A stretch of 29,833 nucleotides of DNA from Octopus sinensis (lineage: Eukaryota). The position numbers were made by a program, and so were the translations under genes. Positions 1 to 10,530 of the stretch are shown one piece after another. A model generated the notes under the pieces. It ran no database searches, had not been told where the DNA came from, and was given only the letters and a program-made list of their open reading frames with translations. Position 1 is the stretch's first letter; each line of letters opens with the position of its first letter. Location: the NCBI RefSeq assembly GCF_006345805.1, contig NW_021833137.1, positions 1-29,833 on the forward strand. The letters are read 5' to 3'.

Positions 1-80
1 TTAACGCAGATTGTAAAAACGGATGGAATGCCGCCAAGCGTGTTGTCCGGCAGGCTAACGATTCTGCGAGCTCTCCACTT
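1..80 (-). mobile_element. Degenerate 5' portion of family-A tRNA-derived SINE
   Basis: gttgtccggcaggctaacgattctgcgagctctccac resembles tttcgcccggcgtgctaacgatttctgccagctcgccgcc of the clear copy at 9992-10029; followed by an (AAT)n array as in that copy. Confidence 0.45.
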
Positions 81-86
81 TTGCAA

Positions 87-185
87 TATAAATAACAATA
101 ATAATAATAATAAAATAATAATAATAATAATAATAATAACAACAACAACAACAACAACAATAATAACAATATTAAATTATTATCA

Positions 186-222
<37 letters not shown>

Positions 223-436
223 CATCATTATTAGATTTTTACAGTATAAAGAGGATAGAAATCACGGAGCTAATGGTGATGAGATGATGATGATGATGAT
301 GATGATGATGATATGATAATGACGATTACGATGATGATGATGATGTTGATCATGACGACGACGATGATTATGATGATGTTGATCATGACGACGACGATGA
401 TTATGATGATGATGATGACGGTGATGATGGTGATGG
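87..436. repeat. Compound trinucleotide microsatellites (AAT/AAC/ATT, then GAT/GAC)
   Basis: Direct reading; these produce the poly-N/I/T/Y/H ORFs. Confidence 0.95.
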
Positions 437-727
437 TTCGATTGCACTTATTGTAAGACAAATACGAGTGTTTATAGTCACGCACAATAACAACATCAAC
501 AAGAACAACAAACAAACAACGAAATACATAAATGTATTTGATAAGTAAATACGCGAATAAATATCTCCATGTTTTCTCTGTCTTATCCTCCTCTTCCGCC
601 TCCCCTCTTCCGCCTCCCCTCTTCCGCCTCCTCTTCCGCCTCCTCCCCTCTACACAACAAGAAAAGAAAGCTTTTATTTCACTTGAAATACGTGTTATTA
701 CAAATCGAAGTGTTGTGAGTATGAGAG

Positions 728-1815
728 CCACACACACACACACACACACACACACCACACACACACACACACAACACACACACAAACACACACGCATACA
801 TACGAACACTCGCACGTACATACGAACAAGCACACACATGATTACACACGCATACATACCAACATATACACACAGATAATCACACACGCACATACATATG
901 AACACACACACATGATTACACACGCATACATACAAACACACACACTTATACACGCTTACATACAACCGTCCACACACGAACATATGCACACATGCACACA
1001 CATACACACGTACTTACACACACACACATACATTTACGTCATTTACATACATGAATACAAATAAAACACAGAGATACATACACATACACTCACAAATACT
1101 CACACGCACATGCACACACACACACACACGTACACACACGTACACACTCATCCACACGTATACACACATACAGAGAGAAACGCATACACACACACATACA
1201 CACACGTACACACTCATCCACACGTATACACACATACAGAGAGAAACGCATACACACACACATACACACACGTACACACTCATCCACACGTATACACACA
1301 TACAGAGAGAAACGCATACACACACACATACACACACGTACACACTCATCCACACGTATACACACATACAGAGAGAAACGCATACACACACACATACACA
1401 CACGTACACACTCATCCACACGTATACACACATACAGAGAGAAACGCATACACACACACACATACACACACGTCCACACTCGTCCACACGTATACACACA
1501 TACAGAGCGAAACGCATACACACATGTACACACTCGTCCACACGTATACACACATACAGAGAGAAACGCATACACACACACATACACACACACATACACA
1601 CACACATACACACACATACACACTCTTCCACACGTATACACACATACAGAGAGAATCGCATACACACACACACGCGTGCGTACACACTCATCCAACGTAT
1701 ACACACATACAAAGTGAAACACATACACACACACATATACACACACCTATACACACACGTACACACTCATCCACACGTATACACACATACAGAGAGAAAC
1801 ACATACACACACACA
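728..1815. repeat. CA-rich microsatellite field containing a 66-bp minisatellite (~1130-1815, about 10 units)
   Basis: Landmark gtacacactcatccacacg at 1140, 1206, 1272, 1338, 1404 (66-bp period), then degenerate units near 1472, 1526, 1617, 1680, 1759. Confidence 0.95.
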
Positions 1816-2461
1816 TCCAATCCAAAATACATGTAAAGAGGCGGGGAATGGCGGTCATTTGGGTTAAACAACAAGCAAAGACACAAGAGAGAGAGAGTAA
1901 GAGGCAGGATGTTAGAGAGGGTGGTGAGAGAGAGAGAGAGAGAGAAGGAGTGGAATAAGACTTGGGGTGGGAGGAAGTGCTTACTGGGTGATGGGGGGAG
2001 GTGAGGTTGGAGTATTTGCATAAGAAACTACTTGAGTTAGTTCGAAGACGTTGGCAGAGAATAATTGCTAAGACAACATCGGTGTGAAGATCTTACTCGA
2101 TGAAGTAATCAAGAGAATATTGTGATACAAAGAAGAGTTATTGGATAAATATTTAGAGCAGAAAACGGAGGGATTAAGGGGTTGGTTTGGGAGCTGAACT
2201 ATTGTTCGGTTGAGACGAAGACACGGTTTCGATTTAGCGTTGGAAGTATTTCGCTTGCAGCGCTCGTGTCCCGCCAAGTCTTAGTTGCTGTCAGTGTGGT
2301 CGGTATAGAAGTGGGTATCGATTCTAAGGAATCGAACTAATATTGGCAGAATCGGTAGAGCAACATCGGGACAATGTTAAATTCCAATCGAGGCCAATTT
2401 CGATAAAATAAAGTCCTGGAGTTGGTTGACTAAAATACTGAGATTGGCAGATTAAAGAATT

Positions 2462-2760
2462 AGGGCGACGAACTGGCAGAAACGTTAGCACGCCGGGCGA
2501 AATGCTTAGTGGTATTTCGTCTGCTGTTACGTTCTGAGTTCAAATTCCGCCGAGGTCGACTTTGTCTTTCATCCTTTCGGGTTCGATAAATTAAGTACCA
2601 GTTACGGACTGGGGTCGATATAATCGACTTAATCCCTTTGTCTGTCCTTGTTTGTCCCCCTCTGTGTTTAACTCCCTGTGGGTAATAAAGAAATAGGTAT
2701 TCGTCTCTCTTTACGTTCAGAGATCAAATTCCGCCGAGGTCGACTTTGCCTTTCATCCTT
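2462..2760 (+). mobile_element. Family-A tRNA-derived SINE with partial second internal unit
   Basis: A-box-like tggcagaaacgttag, B-box-like gagttcaaattcc, central gtcgactttgtctttcatcctttcgggttcgataaattaagtacc; homologous copies at 4927, 5552, 9889, 28448; internal unit restarts at 2697. Confidence 0.85.
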
Positions 2761-2778
2761 ATTATTACCCAATGATTC

Positions 2779-3008
2779 AGGCGACAAGATGGCAGAATCG
2801 TTAGCACGCCGGGGAAAATGGATTTCGTCCGCCTTAAAGATGTTCTGAGTTCAAATTCCGTCGAAGTCGTCTTTGCCTTTTATTCTTTCAGGACCGATAA
2901 AATAAGTACCAGTAGAATACTGGAGTCTATGTAATCAACTATCCCCTCCCCCAAATTTCAGGCCTTATGCCTAAAGTAGAAAGGATTATTATTATCATTA
3001 TTATTATA
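2779..3008 (+). mobile_element. Family-A-related SINE with alternative tail and (ATT)n end
   Basis: ggcgacaagatggcagaatcgttagcacgccgggg head, ttctgagttcaaattcc B-box, tail cccctcccccaaatttcaggccttatgcc then attattattatc. Confidence 0.75.
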
Positions 3009-3012
3009 AGTA

Positions 3013-3195
3013 AGATGGTGAGATGTCAGAATCGTTACCACGCCAGGCACAATGCTTCACAGCATTTCGTCCGTCTTTATGTTCTGAGTTCGAAAAAATC
3101 GCTGAGGTCGACTTTGCTTTTCATTCTTTCGGAGGTCGATAAAATAGGTGCCAGTTGCGTACTGGGGGTCGATGTAATCAATTTACCCCCGCCTC
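3013..3195 (+). mobile_element. Older family-A-related SINE copy
   Basis: tgtcagaatcgttaccacgccagg head, ttctgagttcgaa, gaggtcgactttgcttttcattctttcggaggtcgataaaatagg. Confidence 0.7.
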
Positions 3196-3719
3196 AGAAC
3201 CGAATGGCCTTGCGCCAAACTTTGAAATCATCATTACCCGATGAATATCAACGACCGCCATAACTTCCAGTGGCGCCATCTCTTTAAAATGTAACACATT
3301 TAATTCTGATTACGAAGAACCATCATACTGAACTTGTGATGCCTATAAAATAATTACCAGTCAAATATTGGTATCGATTTAGCATTTCGGTAACGCCTCC
3401 GAGGTGTGGACGAAATTGTAGCGCAAAACGAAGTGGTCGGAATTGAAACCGAAACCCGAGGCTCTTCCCTTTCATACTTTTAGTTGTCTTCGAAAGTAAC
3501 CCAGGTATTATTATCGAATGTTTCGTAAGAATTCAGAAATTTATAAAGATCAATAAATGGTTAATAAACAGTATCAGATGGCAGCATTAGAATTCTACAG
3601 AGTTCTTCGATGGTCCAAGAAATTCTAACTTAAGGGCTTTTGGTCCGTTGCCAGTATTACTTTGGAAAATCTTGGTTGCGTGTGGAACAATCTATTTACC
3701 TATCTCCTCACAGCCCCCC

Positions 3720-4076
3720 CCCACACACACACATACGTAGACACAGAGAAACACATACACACACGCTGACACACACACATACATAGAAACTCACACACAT
3801 ACATACATACATACACATACAAACACACACATATATAAACAAACAGATAGATAGAAATACATGCATATATATACATATATATATGTGTATTATGTATATT
3901 ATATATATATATATATATTATACATATATAGTATATATATATACATATATGTGTATATATATATATAATATATATATACTATATACATATATGTATATAT
4001 ATATATATAATACTTATCATATATAATATACATATAAATAATAATATATATTATATATATATTACATATATGTAAT

Positions 4077-4113
<37 letters not shown>

Positions 4114-4120
4114 TATATAT

Positions 4121-4151
<31 letters not shown>

Positions 4152-4295
4152 ATATGTATGTATGTATGTACATATAGGTGTGGCGATGCGAACAGCAAAT
4201 CTAGAACTCAAAACAAGAGTGTCTATACACTGTGCCGTCTCCCCTTAGTCTTCAGTAATTCTTTTGCTCTTCTGTGCGTGTGTGTGTGTGTGTGT

Positions 4296-4332
<37 letters not shown>

Positions 4333-4335
4333 TCC
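3720..4335. repeat. (CA)n, long degenerate (TA)n and (TG)n microsatellites
   Basis: Direct reading. Confidence 0.95.
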
Positions 4336-4926
4336 ATGTAAATTTATTTTGTAAATATTTATAAGCTTATACAAGAATGTTCATCTTCTGAATACTCTCA
4401 GTTTTTGCTTCTCTCTCTTTCCCCTGTATATCTATCTATATATGTATGTATATATATATGTTAGCATGTGCCTATGCATCTATCTGTATTTTATATATCA
4501 GACACAAGCGCGTGTTTTATCTGCACTGCTGTCTCTCCGGCACCTCGCCTTCATCAGCAGGTGACAGGACCGTTACTGACTTCGATTCATGTCAGACACC
4601 ATACGTTGTTTCAAACACTGCCAAAGAGACACAGACGGGGCTGCACTCTTCTTCAAACTACGGGTACAATCCCCGCTGAACAGTTTTCTTTATTACAGTT
4701 TCTGTAAGGTATGGCGGTGAGTCAACTCGAGGTTAAAGAAAAGGACATTTGTCCAAACATGAGAATCGAACCCGGGAATCGTTGTTGTAATTCGATCATA
4801 CTTCTCGGTTTCTTTATTAGCTACAAGGGCCCAAACATAGAGGGGGACAAACAAGGACAGACAGGACACCACAGAGGGGACAATACATAGAACGAATATG
4901 ATGAGATGATTATACAATAATGGGGT

Positions 4927-5109
4927 GTATTTCGTCTGTCGTTACGTTCCGAGTTCAAATTCCGCCGAGGTCGACTTTGCCTTTCATCCTTTCGGGGTCG
5001 ATAAATTAAGTACCAGTTACGCACTGGGGTCGATGTAATTCACTTAATCCCTTTGTCTGTCCTTGTTTGTCCCCTCTGTGTTTAGCCCCTTGTTGGTAGT
5101 AAAGAAATA
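4927..5109 (+). mobile_element. Head-less family-A SINE module with 16-bp TSD
   Basis: Runs gtatttcgtc...gtaaagaaata; flanked by identical tatacaataatggggt at 4911-4926 and 5110-5125. Confidence 0.9.
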
Positions 5110-5551
5110 TATACAATAATGGGGTCATGAATGGCTGCGTGCGCCCCTCATCACATGCATTACCATAAATCTTTTAAAACTGTCCGTTTTTATCATATAT
5201 TTAATCAACACTTTATTATCGTCTGCCATTACAATTATTCGAACCGTTATATACGTTCTCTAAAATTGTTCTTCTATTTTCCGATATTATTAAACATAAC
5301 ATAAAACACTTTCTTTTTCTTTTTTTTTTCCTTCCTTTTTCTTTTTCTTTTCTTTTTTCCTGTCGCTTTAACATACTTATTTATATTTTAGTAATATTTC
5401 ATTAGTGGTTCGATTTCTACTAAATCCACCACTGGTGGCAATTCTTTGAATTCCACCGTTATTCCTGATGGGTCGATGTTATCTCCACACATTTCTTGCA
5501 GTCCCTTTTAACTTTCCTCTTCAATTATTATCGCCTTCATATCCTCTGCAT

Positions 5552-5764
5552 ATATATTTCTTTACTACCCACAAGGGGTTAAACACAGAGGAGACAGACA
5601 AAGGGATTAAGTCGATTACATCGACCCCAGTACGTAACTGGTACTTAATTTATCGACCCCGGAAGGATGAAAGGCAAAGTCGACCTCGGCGGAATTTGAA
5701 CTCGGAACGTAACGGCAGACGAAATACGGCAACGCATTTCGCCCGGCGTGCTAACGTTTCTGCC
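5552..5764 (-). mobile_element. Family-A SINE, near full length
   Basis: Reverse complement aligns closely with 4927-5109 and carries the A-box region (tggcagaaacgttagcacgccgggcg). Confidence 0.9.
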
Positions 5765-5847
5765 ATATATATGTATGCTGGTACCTTTACTCTTGCTATT
5801 TGGTTGAACTTGAGTATTTTCTTCTCTGTTTCAAAATTCTTCGGGTG

Positions 5848-6236
5848 TGGAGGCGCAATGGCCCAGTGGTTAGGGCAGCGGACTCGCGGTCATAATATCG
5901 CGGTTTCGTATCCCAGACCGGGCGTTGCGAGTGTTTATTGAGCGAAAACACCTTAAAGCTCTACAAGGCTCCGGCAGGGATGGTGGTGATCTCTGCTGTA
6001 CTCTTTCACCACAACTTTCTCTCATTCTTACTTCCTGTTTCTGTTGTACCTGTATTTCAAGGGGCCGGCCTTGTCACTCTCTGTGTCACGCTGAATATCC
6101 CCGAGAACTACGTTAAGGGTACACGTGTCTGTGGAGTGCTCAGCCACTTACACGTTAATTTCACGAGCAGGCCGTTCCGTTGATTCGGATCAGCCGGAAC
6201 CCTCATCGTCGTAACCGACGGAGTGCTTCCATCCAT
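5848..6236 (+). mobile_element. Family-B tRNA-derived SINE, full length
   Basis: tRNA-like head ggaggcgcaatggcccagtggttagggcagcggactcgcgg...gtttcgtatccc; body matches 7587-7670 (minus); 3' tail actacgttaagggtacacgtgtc...gtaaccgacggag matches 16265-16375 (minus). Confidence 0.85.
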
Positions 6237-6344
6237 TCTTCGGGTAGGTTACGTAATACCATAAACCGTTTCCTTTAATTTTCTTTCCTTTATTTTGGCT
6301 TTCCTGTTCTCTCTTTTCCTCCTCCACTCTAAACAGTCTCCAAT

Positions 6345-6500
6345 TCTTCTTCGGTCAGCTGAATTTCCGAATCCTTTTCTACCGGAGCAACTGGTATTTA
6401 TAGTAGAAGACAGTTACCCAAGGTACCACGCAGCTGGATTGAACCCGGAACCATGTGGTTTGGTAAGCAAGCTCCTTACCACGCAGCCATTCTTGCGCCT
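6345..6500 (-). mobile_element. Family-C SINE, 5' fragment
   Basis: Reverse complement aggcgcaagaatggctgcgtggtaaggagcttgcttacc...accttgggtaactgtcttctactat aligns with 15621-15720. Confidence 0.8.
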
Positions 6501-6504
6501 CATA

Positions 6505-6518
6505 TAAGTATGTATGTA

Positions 6519-6556
<38 letters not shown>

Positions 6557-6574
6557 TACGTATGTATGTATGTA

Positions 6575-6606
<32 letters not shown>

Positions 6607-6795
6607 AATGCATGTATGTATGTATGTATGTATGTAGGTATGTATGTATGTATGTATGTAGGTATGTATGTATGTCTGTATATGTTGTACGTGTGCTTGT
6701 GTCTATATATTAACACATACATATATGTGGGTGTTGAGAGCGAGAGAGCGAGAGAGAGATTTATATACATTATGCATAGTGTTTATGCTCGTGTG

Positions 6796-6835
<40 letters not shown>

Positions 6836-7108
6836 GTGTGTTGTGTGTGTGCGTGCGTGTGTGTGTGTGTGTCTGTTTGTGTGTGTGTCTTATGACTGAA
6901 TGTGTTTATATTAAGAAGATCGATATATTAGAAAGAGCAATAAAAGCCAGGGAAGATGGAATTGCTATATTAACCATTGATGGCGGTGGAGACTGCACGA
7001 AATACAGGTTTAGGCCACATGGGGTGAAGAACAGGGCTCTAGGCTGCTGCTGCTACTGAAGAAAAAGAAGAAGAAGATGATGATGATGATGACGATGAAG
7101 AAGAAAAA

Positions 7109-7145
<37 letters not shown>

Positions 7146-7195
7146 TTGAGGATGATGGTGATGATGATGACGATGGTGATGATGATGATGATGAA
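6505..7195. repeat. (TATG)/(TG) microsatellites, then (GAA)/(GAT) array at ~7060-7195
   Basis: Direct reading. Confidence 0.9.
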
Positions 7196-7374
7196 GCTTA
7201 GGAGGAGGAGGTGGTTGGTGACGACAGTTTCTTTCTGTCGTATTATTCTAGAATAATACGACAGTTTATTCTAGTAAATTCTGGTAAATTCTTCAAATCA
7301 TATCAACCACCACGGCTTCTACTGCGTTGTATCATTTCGGAATCGGTCTACACTGCTTTGGTTGTTGTCGTTTT

Positions 7375-7670
7375 TGCTGTTGTTGCTTGTTTGTTTGTTT
7401 GTTGTGCGAAGCGGTCTTCGTCCCAGAGCTTGCAAGATCGCGCCTCTGTAGTGGGAGAAGTCCGAAACGTTGGTCCTTTACTATTCGTAAAGCAGAGAAA
7501 GCAGGTCAACCCCCGACACCGAGAGCATCGACGGATGGATGTATGCGCATCCAGGCTTAGCGGTTGCGTAGGAAGTTGGTGGACAAGAAACAGGAAGAAA
7601 GAGTGAGAGAAAGTTGGAGCGAAAGAGTACAACAGGGGTCGCCACCACCCCCTGCCGGAGCCTCGTGGAG
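7375..7670 (-). mobile_element. Family-B-bodied SINE with a different tail, head missing
   Basis: 7587-7670 is the reverse complement of the family-B body at ~5960-6043; 7400-7586 does not match the family-B tail; (AAAC)n-like end near 7385-7400 on the minus strand. Confidence 0.7.
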
Positions 7671-7679
7671 AAGAAGAAA

Positions 7680-7870
7680 TGTTGTGTTCTTGAGCGAGAC
7701 ACTTTATTTTCATGCTGTTCCAGTTCACTCAGCTGAAGAAATGAGATACGTTGTCACTGATGCCAAACCGTATCGGCCTTTGCCTTTTCTTTGGACAACA
7801 TCGATGGCATGGAGAAGGGAGACTGGTATGCATGGGCTGGTATGCATTCCCTAGCCAATCTGTCATATCT
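7680..7870 (+). mobile_element. Family-D (CORE-like) SINE fragment, head missing
   Basis: tgttgtgttcttgagcgagacactttatttt...ccagttcactcagctg matches the core of the element at 16450-16505 (minus) and resembles the CORE-SINE motif gtgaccttgggcaagtcactt. Confidence 0.65.
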
Positions 7871-7927
7871 CTCAACTTTTCTTTATTATTATTATTATAT
7901 TATTATTATTATTATCATCATCATTAT

Positions 7928-8469
7928 TGAGTGAGAGAGCAGTGCATGTCATCAGAGTGACACTAGGGTAAAATATACAAAGTCCAGTATACCTAACATG
8001 ACTACTCGTCTGATAAGGGTACACTAGGCACATGCAGCACAACCATATATGCGCGACATGGTGATCTCATATCAAGATAAACAGCACATAACCTTGCAGG
8101 TGGGGCCCAGTTAAAATTTTCTTCTGGTCGAGTAACCCATCCCGCTCAAAAGGTCCCTGAATAAGGGTTGTTTAAGGATGTTGAACGAAACACCAATATT
8201 TCCAGGGGTGAATTATCCAAATCCCAAAGAATCTCTCTTAACACATGGCTCTGATGCCCCCCCTACTTCTGCTCATGGTCAGAGATGCTCATATCGTCAG
8301 CCAATAAGGGACATGCTCAACCGGCTAAGGTCAAACAACTGACAAGCAAATCTGTGGTATTGAGCAGAATATTTGTTGTAGTCCATCTTTTATACCAAGA
8401 CAAAACAATGTACAAGATAACACTTCCAATCAGTTAAGATCAGAAGCCATGAGAGCCACTGCCTGTTAC

Positions 8470-8470
<1 letters not shown>
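7928..8470 (-). mobile_element. Probable 5'-truncated non-LTR retrotransposon 3' region embedded in (AAT)n
   Basis: ~540-bp complex block bounded on both sides by ATT arrays (7883-7927 and 8471-8565); I recall this as an abundant octopus repeat, but there is no second copy in the window and no coding remnant seen. Confidence 0.5.
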
Positions 8471-8537
<67 letters not shown>

Positions 8538-9384
8538 CATCATCATCATTATTAATATTATTATTAACGCTGTCATGTTCGTTGAAGACTTGGTTTTGTA
8601 TTCATTTGTGTTACTTTCCTGGCAATAATGGCCGTTAATTCACCTTTCAATAGTTCCCTCTATTTCTAAGTGAACCTTTTTTTTATATCTATATAATTTT
8701 CTATCTGTCTATCAATCGATCTATTGACCTATGTATTTATTTATTTATTTATTTATTTACTTGTTTCAAGCGTGAATTGGAAGGAGTCGCTGCGAATGAA
8801 AGCCCTCGACGGTTTAAGTGCTGGAGTGAAAGTCAGAGGAGGAGGTCAACTGGGCCTGAAACATACCTTTCAAGCGAGATTTGTTATCAATTCATCAGAA
8901 CGCCAGCCAGCCAGCCCACCCGCCCGCTCGCTCGTCCCACCCCAACCCTCCGCCATTTGCGAGTGAGAGGTGTCATTAGTCACCAGAACGATGTAAAAAT
9001 ACAGTTTGATAATCTTAGAAAATGGCAATAACTGTATAAACTGGAAGAAAAATCAGAATTTAAAAGCAATAAAAATATTATAAATAATAATAAATTTCGA
9101 AACAGAGAAAGAATGCGTGACGAGTTGGGTTGTAGTTTCGGTGGTTGTGGTGGTGGTGGTGGTAGTGGTGGTGTGGTGTGGGGTGGGGGTGGGGTTTGTG
9201 GTGCGTTGTTGTTGTTGTTGTTGCTGTTTTTTTTTTAAATATTTATTGCCAGACGTGGAAAGTAAATAAAAGCCGCCATGTTGGGATATTTTTGTAGTTG
9301 TCATGGAACGTGACGTTCACCAGATGGCGTGACAAAAGCAACTCGTATATCGATTTCTTGCCAAGATATTATTTAAACACTTAG

Positions 9385-9697
9385 CGTCACCACCACCACC
9401 ACCACCACTATCACCACCACCACCAATACCAACACCACAACAGCAACACTAACATTATCAACCCCGCATCCGCTACCACCAAGGTTATTGCTCCTCTCCA
9501 TCACAACACTACGTCAACGCCATCGTCACCACCACCACCATCACCACCACCACCACCACTACCATCACCACCACTACCATCACCACCACCACCACCACTA
9601 CCATCACCACCACCACCACCACAACCACCACTACCATCACTACCACCACCACCGCCGCCGCCACCGCCTCCACCATCGCCATCACCATCACCACCAA
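9385..9697. repeat. (CAC/CAT) trinucleotide arrays
   Basis: Direct reading; source of the poly-His ORF 9488..9811. Confidence 0.9.
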
Positions 9698-9888
9698 CTT
9701 CTATTGAAGTTGTTGTTGAAGTTACAGCAATGGTATTTGTCCCAGGTCGACCTGGGACGTTCCATCCATGATCATCTCACCGGTTTATTCAGGTATGACG
9801 GTACAGGCTGAAATCTAACATATGCGCTGCTGTTATAGCAACAGTAATTGTACCAAGCAGAGTGGCAGCGGCTGTTTTGAGATATTGA

Positions 9889-10031
9889 GGTACTTAATTT
9901 ATCGACCCCGATAAAGGATAAAAAAGGTAAAGTCGACCTCGGCGGAATTTGAACTCAGAACGTAACGGCAGACGAAATACGGCTACGTATTTCGCCCGGC
10001 GTGCTAACGATTTCTGCCAGCTCGCCGCCTT
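9889..10031 (-). mobile_element. Family-A SINE, complete head, 3' part missing
   Basis: Reverse complement starts ggcggcgagctggcagaaatcgttagcacgccgggcg...ttctgagttcaaattccgccgaggtcgacttt; abuts (TAA)n at 10033. Confidence 0.9.
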
Positions 10032-10032
10032 C

Positions 10033-10037
10033 TAATA

Positions 10038-10104
<67 letters not shown>

Positions 10105-10155
10105 GTGATGATAACAACAACGACATTAATAAAAATAACAACAATAATATATCTA

Positions 10156-10208
<53 letters not shown>

Positions 10209-10218
10209 ATTCTATCTA

Positions 10219-10300
<82 letters not shown>

Positions 10301-10454
10301 TTTATATATATATATGTATGTATATATATATATACCACACACTCATGTATGTATGTATGTTGTATGTATGTATGTATGTATGTATATATGTGTGTATGTA
10401 TGTGTGTATGTATGTATGTATGTATGTATGTATGTATGTATGTGTGTGTGTGTG

Positions 10455-10486
<32 letters not shown>

Positions 10487-10530
10487 TGTGTGTGTGTATG
10501 TATGTATGTGTGTGTGTGTGTATATGAGTG
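10033..10530. repeat. Compound microsatellite (AAT)n-(TATC)n-(TC)n-(TA)n-(TATG/TG)n
   Basis: Direct reading. Confidence 0.95.

Noticed and set aside
2050-2340. Possible degenerate LINE coding fragment (GVKILLDEVIKRIL*YKEELLDKYLEQ...)
   Set aside because: No RT or endonuclease motif identifiable; too weak to call
5549-5772. 9-bp TSD catatatat around the minus-strand family-A copy
   Set aside because: Low complexity and overlapping the element's own end, so not reliable
5848-5920. tRNA gene calls here and at 15621, 16505-16578 and the family-A heads
   Set aside because: A/B boxes are present but the cloverleaf is degenerate and each continues into a SINE body and tail
9488-9811. Poly-His ORF suggesting a histidine-rich or metal-binding protein
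   Set aside because: Non-ATG start, pure (CAC/CAT)n origin, and similar arrays occur throughout the window
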